Shown piece after piece: positions 7,801 to 16,011 of a stretch of 64,000 bases of DNA (within the stretch, counting starts at the first letter, position 1; each line of letters opens with the position of its first letter). The position numbers and the translations under genes are program-made. The DNA is from a virus (Duplodnaviria; Caudoviricetes), in IMG/VR virus record IMGVR_UViG_3300033074_001257, positions 1 to 64,000 of that record, one strand, 5' to 3'. The notes beneath the pieces were generated by a model. The model saw nothing but the letters and a program-made list of their open reading frames with translations, was not told where the DNA came from and made no database searches.

Positions 7801-10321
7801 ATACTTCAAGCACACAAATCGCTTTGAGAAAGGAAAGTTCGCGCACACTTTCCTTGACTTCGTCACTGTCCTGTCACAAGACAGTCGCTTTAGTCCTTAC
7901 CTGAAAATTCAACCGAGCACCCCCTCTCAACGACCCGCTGTGACGGTTGACGTGACAAACACGACGCCGGTTATGCGAGCTTGGCTGGTGGCGATCACTG
8001 AACTTTACAGCGAGACTGTCGGTCTTTATACGGAATATGACAGCAAGACCATCGCCCTGGGCAGCGACGGCGAGCCTGTCTTGGTTGACGTCACCGAAGA
8101 GACTTTGCAGTTCCAAGATAGGCCAAACTTTAGGATGTACAATTCGCCCCTTGAGATTGAAAATCACGTACTGGCAAACCTCAAGGATGACGAAATCCCA
8201 CTCGTTGCCAAAGCACTTGAGGGCTGGTCATCGAAATCTGAAAATTTCGAATACCGTTTCTGGGCTGAAGCGAAAAGAATCCGAGGGCGTGAAGCGCGTC
8301 TGAATTTTATTCGCGTCATCCTGGCGACGCTGTCCATGCAAAGTGATGTGAAGGCGATGGCAACTCTGGTCTTGATGACCATCGCCTTTGAGGGTGACGA
8401 GGTGCTGTCTGACCTCATCAAAGCCGCGTACGATAAGCAAGCTAAGGTCATCAGTTCAAGCAGTGACGCGCCAGAGAAAGTCTTTTCAATCATTGATATC
8501 CTGAGCAACTACAGTTATGATAGAGTGGCGAAGATCAAGCTGGTGTTTGGTTTTGCGCCCAAAGACCGAATTTACTCACAAGACCTTATCGGTGAATTGA
8601 TCGAGCACAACGTGTACCCAACCACCGACCCGTTCATGGAAGCTCAAGCCAAAGCGTACATCAAGGAATTTGATACCGACACTTTGCTCAAGTGGAACAA
8701 GTTCTATACCTTCATGCACTTGCCTGAAGTTGAGGACATTATTGTTCAGGGCATTAAAGACCGACACCCTGCGGCGATTCGAATAGTCAATACTTCTTGG
8801 TACCTTAACACTGCTGCACAAGTCAAACCGACCAAAAAGTTCATTGAGGCTTGTCTGGAAGCGGGCATGACCGTGAAGAACAGCCAAGTGGGTTATTCGA
8901 GCGCATACAATCTCAAGAACTATCCCAAGAACCTGCTTGAGAGCATCTTCTATTCGGGGCGCACCATTGAAAGCAGCGACGAAAAGTTTCTTTCGTACTA
9001 TGAGTCGGTGCGCGTAAACTTCTGGCTGAACAGCAATGTAGATGACAGCCATAAAGTGATTGACGTTGACTTGATTCGTGAAGAGCCCAATCGTGCTAGC
9101 GTGAACATCGCTGAGAGAAACTCGCACATCAGCAAGATGACGTCTTTCGTTTACGCACTGGGCCATTCGACAAAAGACGAACAGTTGAAGCTGCTTGACT
9201 ACTGCCAGATTGACGCGAAGAATGTTCGTGAGGCGTTCTTTAAGCCTGAGCTCCAAATGATCTCAGCAGTGGCCAAGAACGCAAGCAACCTGCACCAGAA
9301 GACCATGGAGTGGATCTTGAACGTGCTGTCTAGCTTCTTGCACAGCGGACCGGGCTCAAGCCAAATGCGGCGCACTGCCTGGAATGAGTTTTTCCCGAAA
9401 CTGAACGATACTTTGAAGCAGTTTTCGGACGCGGGCGGCGACTTCAAGCTCAAGAAGACAAACAAGGTGCCAGACCTCTTCAGTGCCAACCAAGCGTTTT
9501 TGGTTCGTCAACAAATCGACGAGCAGTCCACGAAATACGGACTGGACATCGGTGACGTGGATAACGAACTGCTTCAAGTGGGCATGGCTTTGAATGGTGT
9601 TGAATTCACTGCCAACTTTGACAACGTCAAGTCCATGAGTGACCTGGCGTCGATTGTGGACGCTGGGCAAACTGCCATCACACTGAAGGAACCCTTTGTC
9701 AGTCGCTTGCCGATTGAAGATCTGCCCACGCGAATCAAGCGCGGTCGCGATATGACCATGGGCGGCTTCTCAGGGCGTCACACCAACACCGTGCCGCTTG
9801 TTCTTGAGTCGTATGAGGTCAACAAGCCGGGCAACAAAGAACGCGTCGAGGCGTTCCGACAATCCGTGGGCGGTGAATACGCGCGTAATTTCTACCACTC
9901 TTGTGGAACGCTTGCAGCCAGTTTCATTCTGCGCTACGGATTCAAGAACGTGACAGATCCTAAGCTCGTTGTGGGTAAAATGCTGGGGGACGGTCTGTAC
10001 GTGGCTAAACATGTAGACAAGACCATCCAGTACGCCACCAACCGCACCAACTACACGGATGTCGGTGACGTGGGCTACATGATCGTCTTTGATGTTGTGT
10101 TTGGCAAAGTTAGCAATAACCCGAACGACATTCCAAAGAGCGAATACGACACGATTATGGCGCCAGGTGTCGGCTCACTTTCAGACATCCGCACGCCAGA
10201 ATGGTGCCTGCGTCGCGCGGAAGATCAAGCCGTGTATGTGGCAGCGCACAAAGTTCGAGTCACACACATCAGCGAGCTTGAAAAAATGGCCGCTGAAAAT
10301 AACGTTCCCTGGGTTGAGTGA
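4808..10321 (+). CDS. Giant (~1,837 aa) protein with a C-terminal PARP-like (H-Y-E) ADP-ribosyltransferase domain
   Basis: C-terminal FYHSC...ILRYGF...GKMLGDGLYVA...K..QY...GYMIVFDVVFG...PEW parallels the PARP catalytic signature; the ORF-track start at 4700 runs through a terminator, so ATG 4808 is preferred. Confidence 0.8.
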   Translation: MFEQLNENSLWTDGASLQAHTVESATQAFFFNFFAFLSMYTISSNTIVMRNYVASETHTKLSEIDVTNHDTTASIKLAAHFKVITEQSAQRLLRLVAKIKAKQITSDDLQDEMIKKVLTELHYGTHLSSQPILKSALDDFMDGKINLPFVAYFFFKHWKKFDSVNAEISDMYKKGHFSTTYSDFMTGRRKLKRGVPRHLIKNTTPLTVVFENGVVIDPSVVATTQAQAAAPAPAAAPVAAPATQPTQSPVAAFRSNLQAQTAAQTQAAAQTQAHQTQAQAHQTQAQAQAQAAAQAAAQVPATAPARPATSTANTVNTVVGTAKLKFSDRTAEQWRKFIWDDTKLIPEHIEQIDERDLGRVVAAVYELLIDRSSRIQEKYYKAVWALTLDEKSREAVRHCIAYDYLKAIQYVPDEYEVKGSLSESILTADVATSANMIVTLVAVDPNQAKSDERRRKLRVIANAVFQTDSPDVWDRYLNASYSSKQRTAALYLKTLSEKDVKESLMRNYMDYYKSSDTLKQVSNHFKVDVYNGAIEVIYDQNYSREHKDEFMLVNYLASYFNVDVIFRPTTVANIIVGNLTGQRTAAQWANLIVKDGEFSQALVEREVDAQVRYEIISVAFDYMLTQIKDAEAVAKLLRSAEGLFDITLGRYGELVDKMLKKASNGEVELAIDIPYPDGVKSNKSVVDTNRVVQLLSVMPLSKLFVKDSLESLRKLLKHMSYYPHFDFVLDEDKMATQVTLSVASVGMRYALAALKENLEKNNALPSDAVINFDESVPVVDCGNIENSANKFIYDTLVKVKSVGRLKFVLRYRNSRAFTITPGQRTAPEYEIWQGSKINPDFTPSCSYDESKFAIIEGWREFNPHTTHFDRVKVAGSEALIRSYFINHGFKTNVTGQDFMLRHAIDGFADVHNLNFASPKVSSSYDKEILNYLVDTAYDYLLDQILNNKIRHYVSHMSRCGTSLNLIFNSEKFKEWGTIKNMFAVPATDQVMYYTILARYFKHTNRFEKGKFAHTFLDFVTVLSQDSRFSPYLKIQPSTPSQRPAVTVDVTNTTPVMRAWLVAITELYSETVGLYTEYDSKTIALGSDGEPVLVDVTEETLQFQDRPNFRMYNSPLEIENHVLANLKDDEIPLVAKALEGWSSKSENFEYRFWAEAKRIRGREARLNFIRVILATLSMQSDVKAMATLVLMTIAFEGDEVLSDLIKAAYDKQAKVISSSSDAPEKVFSIIDILSNYSYDRVAKIKLVFGFAPKDRIYSQDLIGELIEHNVYPTTDPFMEAQAKAYIKEFDTDTLLKWNKFYTFMHLPEVEDIIVQGIKDRHPAAIRIVNTSWYLNTAAQVKPTKKFIEACLEAGMTVKNSQVGYSSAYNLKNYPKNLLESIFYSGRTIESSDEKFLSYYESVRVNFWLNSNVDDSHKVIDVDLIREEPNRASVNIAERNSHISKMTSFVYALGHSTKDEQLKLLDYCQIDAKNVREAFFKPELQMISAVAKNASNLHQKTMEWILNVLSSFLHSGPGSSQMRRTAWNEFFPKLNDTLKQFSDAGGDFKLKKTNKVPDLFSANQAFLVRQQIDEQSTKYGLDIGDVDNELLQVGMALNGVEFTANFDNVKSMSDLASIVDAGQTAITLKEPFVSRLPIEDLPTRIKRGRDMTMGGFSGRHTNTVPLVLESYEVNKPGNKERVEAFRQSVGGEYARNFYHSCGTLAASFILRYGFKNVTDPKLVVGKMLGDGLYVAKHVDKTIQYATNRTNYTDVGDVGYMIVFDVVFGKVSNNPNDIPKSEYDTIMAPGVGSLSDIRTPEWCLRRAEDQAVYVAAHKVRVTHISELEKMAAENNVPWVE
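5480..5760 (+). repeat. Ala/Gln/Pro/Thr low-complexity linker with short tandem repeats inside the giant ART gene
   Basis: AAAPAPAAAPVAAP and QTQAHQTQAQAHQTQAQAQAQAAAQAAAQ, encoded by repeated caagca/caaaca units. Confidence 0.8.
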
Positions 10322-10332
10322 TGGAGATTCAA

Positions 10333-10707
10333 ATGAGTGACTTGTATGACGACATGGTACAAACTGCCTTCATGTTCGTGGATGGGTATGTTCCCATCTG
10401 CCGACACCCGATCACGGGCTTGGTGTTTGCCATGAACCTGAACGACCCGGCAGTCGGTGAGATGCCGTGGTTTAAGACGCTGAAGTTTGATTTGGTGATG
10501 GGTTCGACAGTGGCTTTGTTCTTTGAAACGAGCGGCGTAGATCAATTCTACCGTCTGACTCCAAAAGATCAAGATGCCGTCGATCTTTTCATCAAGCGCA
10601 TCAACTACCAGCTGACGGAAAGCGAGATTGAGCAACTGGTGACGGACACTGCCAACCACTACCAGGAACTGTACGCTCACCTTGACGTGGACGACGAAGA
10701 CGAATAA
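10333..10707 (+). CDS. Hypothetical acidic protein, coupled to the ART gene
   Basis: SD ggag 7 nt upstream; the ORF overlaps or abuts the ART stop. Confidence 0.6.
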   Translation: MSDLYDDMVQTAFMFVDGYVPICRHPITGLVFAMNLNDPAVGEMPWFKTLKFDLVMGSTVALFFETSGVDQFYRLTPKDQDAVDLFIKRINYQLTESEIEQLVTDTANHYQELYAHLDVDDEDE

Positions 10708-10736
10708 CAAGCGCAAGCAACAGCAAACGCTGAACG

Positions 10737-10766
10737 AAACGGTTACCTAGTGTAACCGTTTTGTTT
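10737..10766 (+). terminator. Rho-independent terminator
   Basis: AAACGGTTAC-ctagt-GTAACCGTTT plus T-rich tail. Confidence 0.75.
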
Positions 10767-10989
10767 GACTGGGTTTTGTGAAATCGGCTTTAAATGCGCG
10801 AGATCGCGTTCTAAGCCGCCCAGTGGCACTGCGCCACCATCTCGTGCTGAAGTGTGTCAAATTCGCCACGAGATTGCCAGTAAACGCCATTCAGTGACAA
10901 CACTCAATGCACTTTGTTAGCGTGAACTGAAATCGATGTCTTTTTTCGTGGCTTAACTATACCGTAGTCAACAATCGACAGGTTACATC

Positions 10990-11997
10990 ATGGCTTATAC
11001 GAAATGGGTGAACCCGGTGCCTATTCCGGGCAACATTGCCTCAATTCGTTCATATATGCAAGATTTGCACGACAAACTGACCGCCAACGGCTGGGTGCAA
11101 GTCACGTCGCTCACGCCGCAGTTTGATTTCGCGAGTGAGCCTGAGATCACATTCAACCAGAACACCACTGGTCCCACCTCTAACAGCTACAAGCCACTCG
11201 TCTATCGGACGAATGATGAATTCGTGACTGTCTACCTGCAAATTCGTTTGACAATTGCGGCCCCCGGTTCAGGCAACGCTACACTGCCCTATCAGCGAAT
11301 CTACATTTACGGGTATCTGGGTGAGAGTATCAAAAGCGACTTCACCATGCCAAACTCTCGCTTGTTTGGGTCGTATTACTCAGGTATGCCCACCGCGAAC
11401 CAGCTGCCGCAAACGAACCAGTTTAGTTTGGTGAGCAAGTTCTCAACCGCAGACTATTGTGTGCAGCACTTGTTCTCAAATCTAAACTGGCTGTTCAATG
11501 AGCCCATGGACAATGAAGTGGCGCTTACAATGAGCGGCACAAGCATGAACGCCACGACGTCTCTTTTGACGTTTTCGCTGACGCGCTACAAAGACCGGTG
11601 GTGTTGCAGGTTCACGGCCCTTGCCAACGACAGCTGGGGGTTTGGGTCTAGACTTAGTTCGGTTAGCTTTTCGTATCGAAGTGTCTACATCTATTATTCT
11701 AGCTTTTTGGCGAACGGCAGTGAATACGTTTTCGCTGCAAAGGACTTTGTGTTAGCGAACACTTTGGTCAAGGGCGCGAAGAACACGCTCACACCCATGG
11801 GCGAATACTACAGAGACGGCCAAATTCTTTCGTCGAAGATGAGCGTGTTCATACCCAAAAACCATCCGATAAGCGTGCCAGACTCTGAGCCCTTTGTGCT
11901 GGGCAACAAGACGTATTTCATCCCGTACACGAGCATGTTCGTGTCTTACTATGATCCAAAGAATTGCCCAGTCTTTATTATCGACCAAACGAATTGA
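10990..11997 (+). CDS. Putative virion structural (tail fibre-associated) protein
   Basis: 335 aa, S/T/N/Y-rich beta-type composition; first gene of the lectin cluster; N-terminus (D.L.A.GWV) resembles the next ORF. Confidence 0.55.
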   Translation: MAYTKWVNPVPIPGNIASIRSYMQDLHDKLTANGWVQVTSLTPQFDFASEPEITFNQNTTGPTSNSYKPLVYRTNDEFVTVYLQIRLTIAAPGSGNATLPYQRIYIYGYLGESIKSDFTMPNSRLFGSYYSGMPTANQLPQTNQFSLVSKFSTADYCVQHLFSNLNWLFNEPMDNEVALTMSGTSMNATTSLLTFSLTRYKDRWCCRFTALANDSWGFGSRLSSVSFSYRSVYIYYSSFLANGSEYVFAAKDFVLANTLVKGAKNTLTPMGEYYRDGQILSSKMSVFIPKNHPISVPDSEPFVLGNKTYFIPYTSMFVSYYDPKNCPVFIIDQTN

Positions 11998-12015
11998 GTT
12001 TGAGGGAGATCGCTC

Positions 12016-12933
12016 ATGCGCCTGTTGTTCACGCCACCCGCATTTAAACTTAGCAGTCTGCAATCCATCAAAGATGCCCTGACCTTCATTGATGGCAAGT
12101 TTTGTGAGGCAGGATTGGTTCCTGTGGTCAGTGACCAGTTGGCCACATTGCAAGCCTACCAAACCAGCTACTTCTCAGACACGACCACCACGGGATATCT
12201 TTCACTGCCTGCACTGAAGTATTTCTTCAACGACAGCCAGTCGTCCGCTGCTCCAGTGCAAATTCACCTTGAGGCCAATTTCTATCGCAACTCATCAGGG
12301 TCGTCTTTGTACTGCTCATTTGGCCTCTCGCTTGCAAACTCAACGTCAACTTCAGCCACGCTGTTCTACGTCAACCGAGGAACGTGGGGGAGCCCAAGCG
12401 GGTCAAGTGACCCGCAACCCTTCTCAAACCCATCGTTCATTGTGATCAAAGACGGGTTCTTGCATATCACCCTGTATCCGAGACTTTCGAGAGATGGCTA
12501 TTATTCGTGCGGCGGTCAACTGACAATCACGCGCTCATTCAACGACAGTGGCACCCCAGACGCCAGGTACTTGAACATCTGGGGCAGGACATACAATGCT
12601 TCAAACTCAAACATTAACGCCACCTACGTCTACTGCTATGATCTCAGTTCAAAGATCTTGACGTACGACACCAACCCAACTTGGCGAGCCAGTGAAACTG
12701 TCACGTCATCGGTCAATTCACAACTGGCGCCGTGGTTCATGCTTGAGCCTGATGGTTCAATTGCTAAGCAAAACCCTTACATGTACCACGTTTGGCGAAG
12801 TGCCGTTTCAACATTGACAGAGTACACAGTGTCAACCTTACAGGGCGATAAGAAGTTCATTCCCCTAGAGATTGGCGGCATAGCTTCATTCGACAACAGT
12901 CAGTGTGTCATGATCTACTTTGACAACAATTGA
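12016..12933 (+). CDS. Putative virion structural protein, possible paralog of the upstream ORF
   Basis: 305 aa, S/T-rich; similar size and N-terminal pattern (F..AGLV). Confidence 0.55.
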   Translation: MRLLFTPPAFKLSSLQSIKDALTFIDGKFCEAGLVPVVSDQLATLQAYQTSYFSDTTTTGYLSLPALKYFFNDSQSSAAPVQIHLEANFYRNSSGSSLYCSFGLSLANSTSTSATLFYVNRGTWGSPSGSSDPQPFSNPSFIVIKDGFLHITLYPRLSRDGYYSCGGQLTITRSFNDSGTPDARYLNIWGRTYNASNSNINATYVYCYDLSSKILTYDTNPTWRASETVTSSVNSQLAPWFMLEPDGSIAKQNPYMYHVWRSAVSTLTEYTVSTLQGDKKFIPLEIGGIASFDNSQCVMIYFDNN

Positions 12934-12948
12934 TGGTGAGGTGACACG

Positions 12949-15900
12949 ATGACTCTACAAGCGATTGCCAGTGACCCTTTTGGCCCAAGCGTTATTTTTT
13001 CAATGGAGATGAACAATAACGTAGACGTCCAAGGGCGCACCTTAAACCAAAACGGCGGCTCGTTCGTGGCGAACTTCATGAACGGCGAGACTTGGTACAA
13101 AGGCGCAGGCAACAGTCAGTGCCTGACCCTCACGTCGCTTGGGTCTGAGTTCAATCTGAAGGGCAAAGACTTCACGCTTGAAGCACAGTTCTACTTCACC
13201 ACCACAGCCAACACTTGGTTGAACTTTCTCGTCATCGACAGTGGACAAAGCACGCGAGGCAGCCACAGTGTCGAAGTTCATGTGAACACTGTGTCGAAGT
13301 TCGTGGACTTCAACACCTTCAACGGCACGGGAAACGTGTACACGTTAAAAATTAACCTGAAGGGCAACTGTGCGCCACTGAACACGGTTTTGAACTACAA
13401 GCTGATTCGCAAAGGTGCCGTCTATTCATTTTATATCAATGAAGAGCTGTACGGCTACACAGTTTCAAATCTTGACGTGATGCAATTCACCCCAGGCAGC
13501 GCCCGACTGGGCATTTGTCAATATCCAAATAACTTGGGTCTAGACAACTTCAACGGATACATCAACGACTACCGCTTGACAACAGCAGCACGCGCCCCAG
13601 ACATGGTTTACCCTTTGCTAACTTTCGTTGACGTTGAACTGCCGAAACTTAAGATGTTGGATTTGGTTGAAGTGCCGGTGTCGTTTGATTCACTCGCGCC
13701 ACAAGTACCAAAGGCTTTGAACACATACGCACGCCTTAGCACCAATGAACAACTGATGGGGCCGCTGGGCACCGGCACGTTCAACGGCTATACGTTTGAA
13801 ACTGAAAACAGTCCCCTGGTGTGTGACGTTTCGGTGGTACACAGCATCACGAAAAAGGTTCTCGCAGCCACAGTCAGTGACGCGAGCGGCAGATTCACTA
13901 TCCCCTACCTTGACGAAAACTTGACCTATGACGTGTTGGCCAAGCCGGTGAACGGTCTGTACGAACGCAAAATGGTCGAAAGCCGAAGCCCAGTGGCAAA
14001 CACGAGCTTCAAGTGTGAAGTGTATGCGCCCGACAACCTGTCGGTCTTGAGTGGCCTTGTTTCCATTCCCTGTGTGCCGGCGATGGGCGGTAAAAGGACC
14101 ACGGCTGTATTCTCAAGCGGCAGCGGTCAATTGACGCACGACGGGTCACAACTATACGGCAACTTTCAGCCGGGGACATATTCACTGACATACAGTTTCA
14201 CATTCACGCCGCCGGTGGGCACAGCAATCACAGTCAACAAATCACTGACCCTCACTGTGACCGCGAACCCTACTCGAAAGCTGCCGCTGAAGGTAGACAC
14301 AACCGACATCTACAACGGTGAAACGTGGGCAGTGAACGACGGCAACGCAGCATATTATCGCAACATGTTTGCAGCACGCGACGGCGTGTCGCTGTCGCTT
14401 AGCCGGGCACTGAACATCTACCCAAGTGTCAACAACAATCGCGGCTGGGTGATTTCATTCAAGTTCAACCTCGACACACTGACTGTCGGAAAGTATCACA
14501 CGCTGCTATCTACCGGTGAGACATCCTTCACCACCAACAACTTCTATTTCATGGTCTTCGGTGACGGGGCGCCATCGCCGCGCAAAGTGTACATTTCACG
14601 CGGCAACCTTGAGTCGATAACAGGCGATATCACCATCCAGCCTTTTCGCGATTACTACGTCACTGTATCGTGCCCGCCCACGACTTCAACCACTGCGCCG
14701 TTCTACATGTATATCAACGGTCAACTGATGGCGTCTAGTGCGAGTTTCAACCCAAGCCTTCCTGCCATGACACAACTTTTGCGGCTGGGCATCAACAAGT
14801 GGGACAGCGCCACAGATGCTGGGTTCGCGGGTTTGATTGGTGACGTGGTTCTTATGGACACTTACGACGAAAAGTACAACCTACTGTCGTCAAGTGACCT
14901 ATACTCGCATCATGAACACAGCATGACATCCATTCGCGACGATCGCGGACTGCTGTGGCTGTTTGACAGCAACTTCATCACCCCCGCAGGGTACACGTTC
15001 AAAAAGAAAGGCGGTGATTTGATCTATAACTTGTTTGCTACAAACCCACCCACCACCAACCTGACTGCTGTCGGGTCGCGTACCCAGTCGTTTAGCTCAA
15101 GCGGCAACGCCATCACGGTCACTTCGTCTGGCACCGGTGATGGGTACGTTGACGTGACGAACTTCACGCCGCCCAGCGACCATTTCGCAGCCCGGATGTC
15201 GTTCAGCTACACCACAACAGACGCAAGCGCAATGGCGGGTATCGCGTTCACTGCGGGCGGCGTGAACAAGGTGGTGGTTTTGTGCCGCGAAAGCGATCAA
15301 AGCTACTGTGCCGCATACAGTGTGGCGAGTGGCGGTGCGATGACGCAACTGTGGAAAGTGCCCGTCACCACAAAGGCAACGAACGACATCAAGATCACAT
15401 TCGACAACACGCAAGCAACCACCACCACCTACGCTTTCAATGAAATCGTGGTTCGCGCCGACAACGATCAGCCCACCACTGCCGACATCTTTGTGTACAA
15501 CAGCACAGCGACCATCACCGCGTTCAAAGTCTTTGGCGGAAATACGGCAGTGATGCCTGCCAAATTCAATCAGATTAACGAAATCACCCAATTTGGGACC
15601 GGTGATTTCACAGTGGCTGTGGACGTCATCTTCAATGAGCTTTACGACTGCACCCTTGTTGACGCCAAGAGCAACAGCACCTCGTGGAACATTGAACTGG
15701 TGAGCGGCAAGCTGAAATTTGACACCGTGACGTTCAACAACTTCACGCCTTTGGTGAACACGCTTTACAAGTTGAAATTCTCACGCATAAGCAATGAAGT
15801 GATTCTCATTGTGGACGATGCGTTCAGGGGCGGCAGTGCCCTGACAACAAACTACAGCACAAAATCACCACAGATCATCCTGGGCGGTAAGAACAACGCT

Positions 15901-15978
15901 GCGTATACCCTGCACGGTGCTGTCGCTAACTTTAGGATCATCAACGGCTACGGCGAACCTTTCAAGACCATGGCGTGA
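12949..15978 (+). CDS. Multi-LamG/ConA-like lectin-domain virion protein (putative tail fibre or adhesin)
   Basis: Repeated LamG-type motifs: DFTLEAQFY...FNGYINDYRLT, FYMYINGQL...FAGLIGDV, DFTVAVDV...LHGAVANFRI. Confidence 0.7.
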   Translation: MTLQAIASDPFGPSVIFSMEMNNNVDVQGRTLNQNGGSFVANFMNGETWYKGAGNSQCLTLTSLGSEFNLKGKDFTLEAQFYFTTTANTWLNFLVIDSGQSTRGSHSVEVHVNTVSKFVDFNTFNGTGNVYTLKINLKGNCAPLNTVLNYKLIRKGAVYSFYINEELYGYTVSNLDVMQFTPGSARLGICQYPNNLGLDNFNGYINDYRLTTAARAPDMVYPLLTFVDVELPKLKMLDLVEVPVSFDSLAPQVPKALNTYARLSTNEQLMGPLGTGTFNGYTFETENSPLVCDVSVVHSITKKVLAATVSDASGRFTIPYLDENLTYDVLAKPVNGLYERKMVESRSPVANTSFKCEVYAPDNLSVLSGLVSIPCVPAMGGKRTTAVFSSGSGQLTHDGSQLYGNFQPGTYSLTYSFTFTPPVGTAITVNKSLTLTVTANPTRKLPLKVDTTDIYNGETWAVNDGNAAYYRNMFAARDGVSLSLSRALNIYPSVNNNRGWVISFKFNLDTLTVGKYHTLLSTGETSFTTNNFYFMVFGDGAPSPRKVYISRGNLESITGDITIQPFRDYYVTVSCPPTTSTTAPFYMYINGQLMASSASFNPSLPAMTQLLRLGINKWDSATDAGFAGLIGDVVLMDTYDEKYNLLSSSDLYSHHEHSMTSIRDDRGLLWLFDSNFITPAGYTFKKKGGDLIYNLFATNPPTTNLTAVGSRTQSFSSSGNAITVTSSGTGDGYVDVTNFTPPSDHFAARMSFSYTTTDASAMAGIAFTAGGVNKVVVLCRESDQSYCAAYSVASGGAMTQLWKVPVTTKATNDIKITFDNTQATTTTYAFNEIVVRADNDQPTTADIFVYNSTATITAFKVFGGNTAVMPAKFNQINEITQFGTGDFTVAVDVIFNELYDCTLVDAKSNSTSWNIELVSGKLKFDTVTFNNFTPLVNTLYKLKFSRISNEVILIVDDAFRGGSALTTNYSTKSPQIILGGKNNAAYTLHGAVANFRIINGYGEPFKTMA

Positions 15979-16011
15979 TAACTAAGGCGAGTAGATGGAG
16001 GACTCACTCGC

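Noticed and set aside
5027-9256. Long antisense ORFs inside the ART and other large genes (e.g. 8576-9256, 42178-42978)
   Set aside because: Shadow ORFs arising from codon bias; no recognisable motifs
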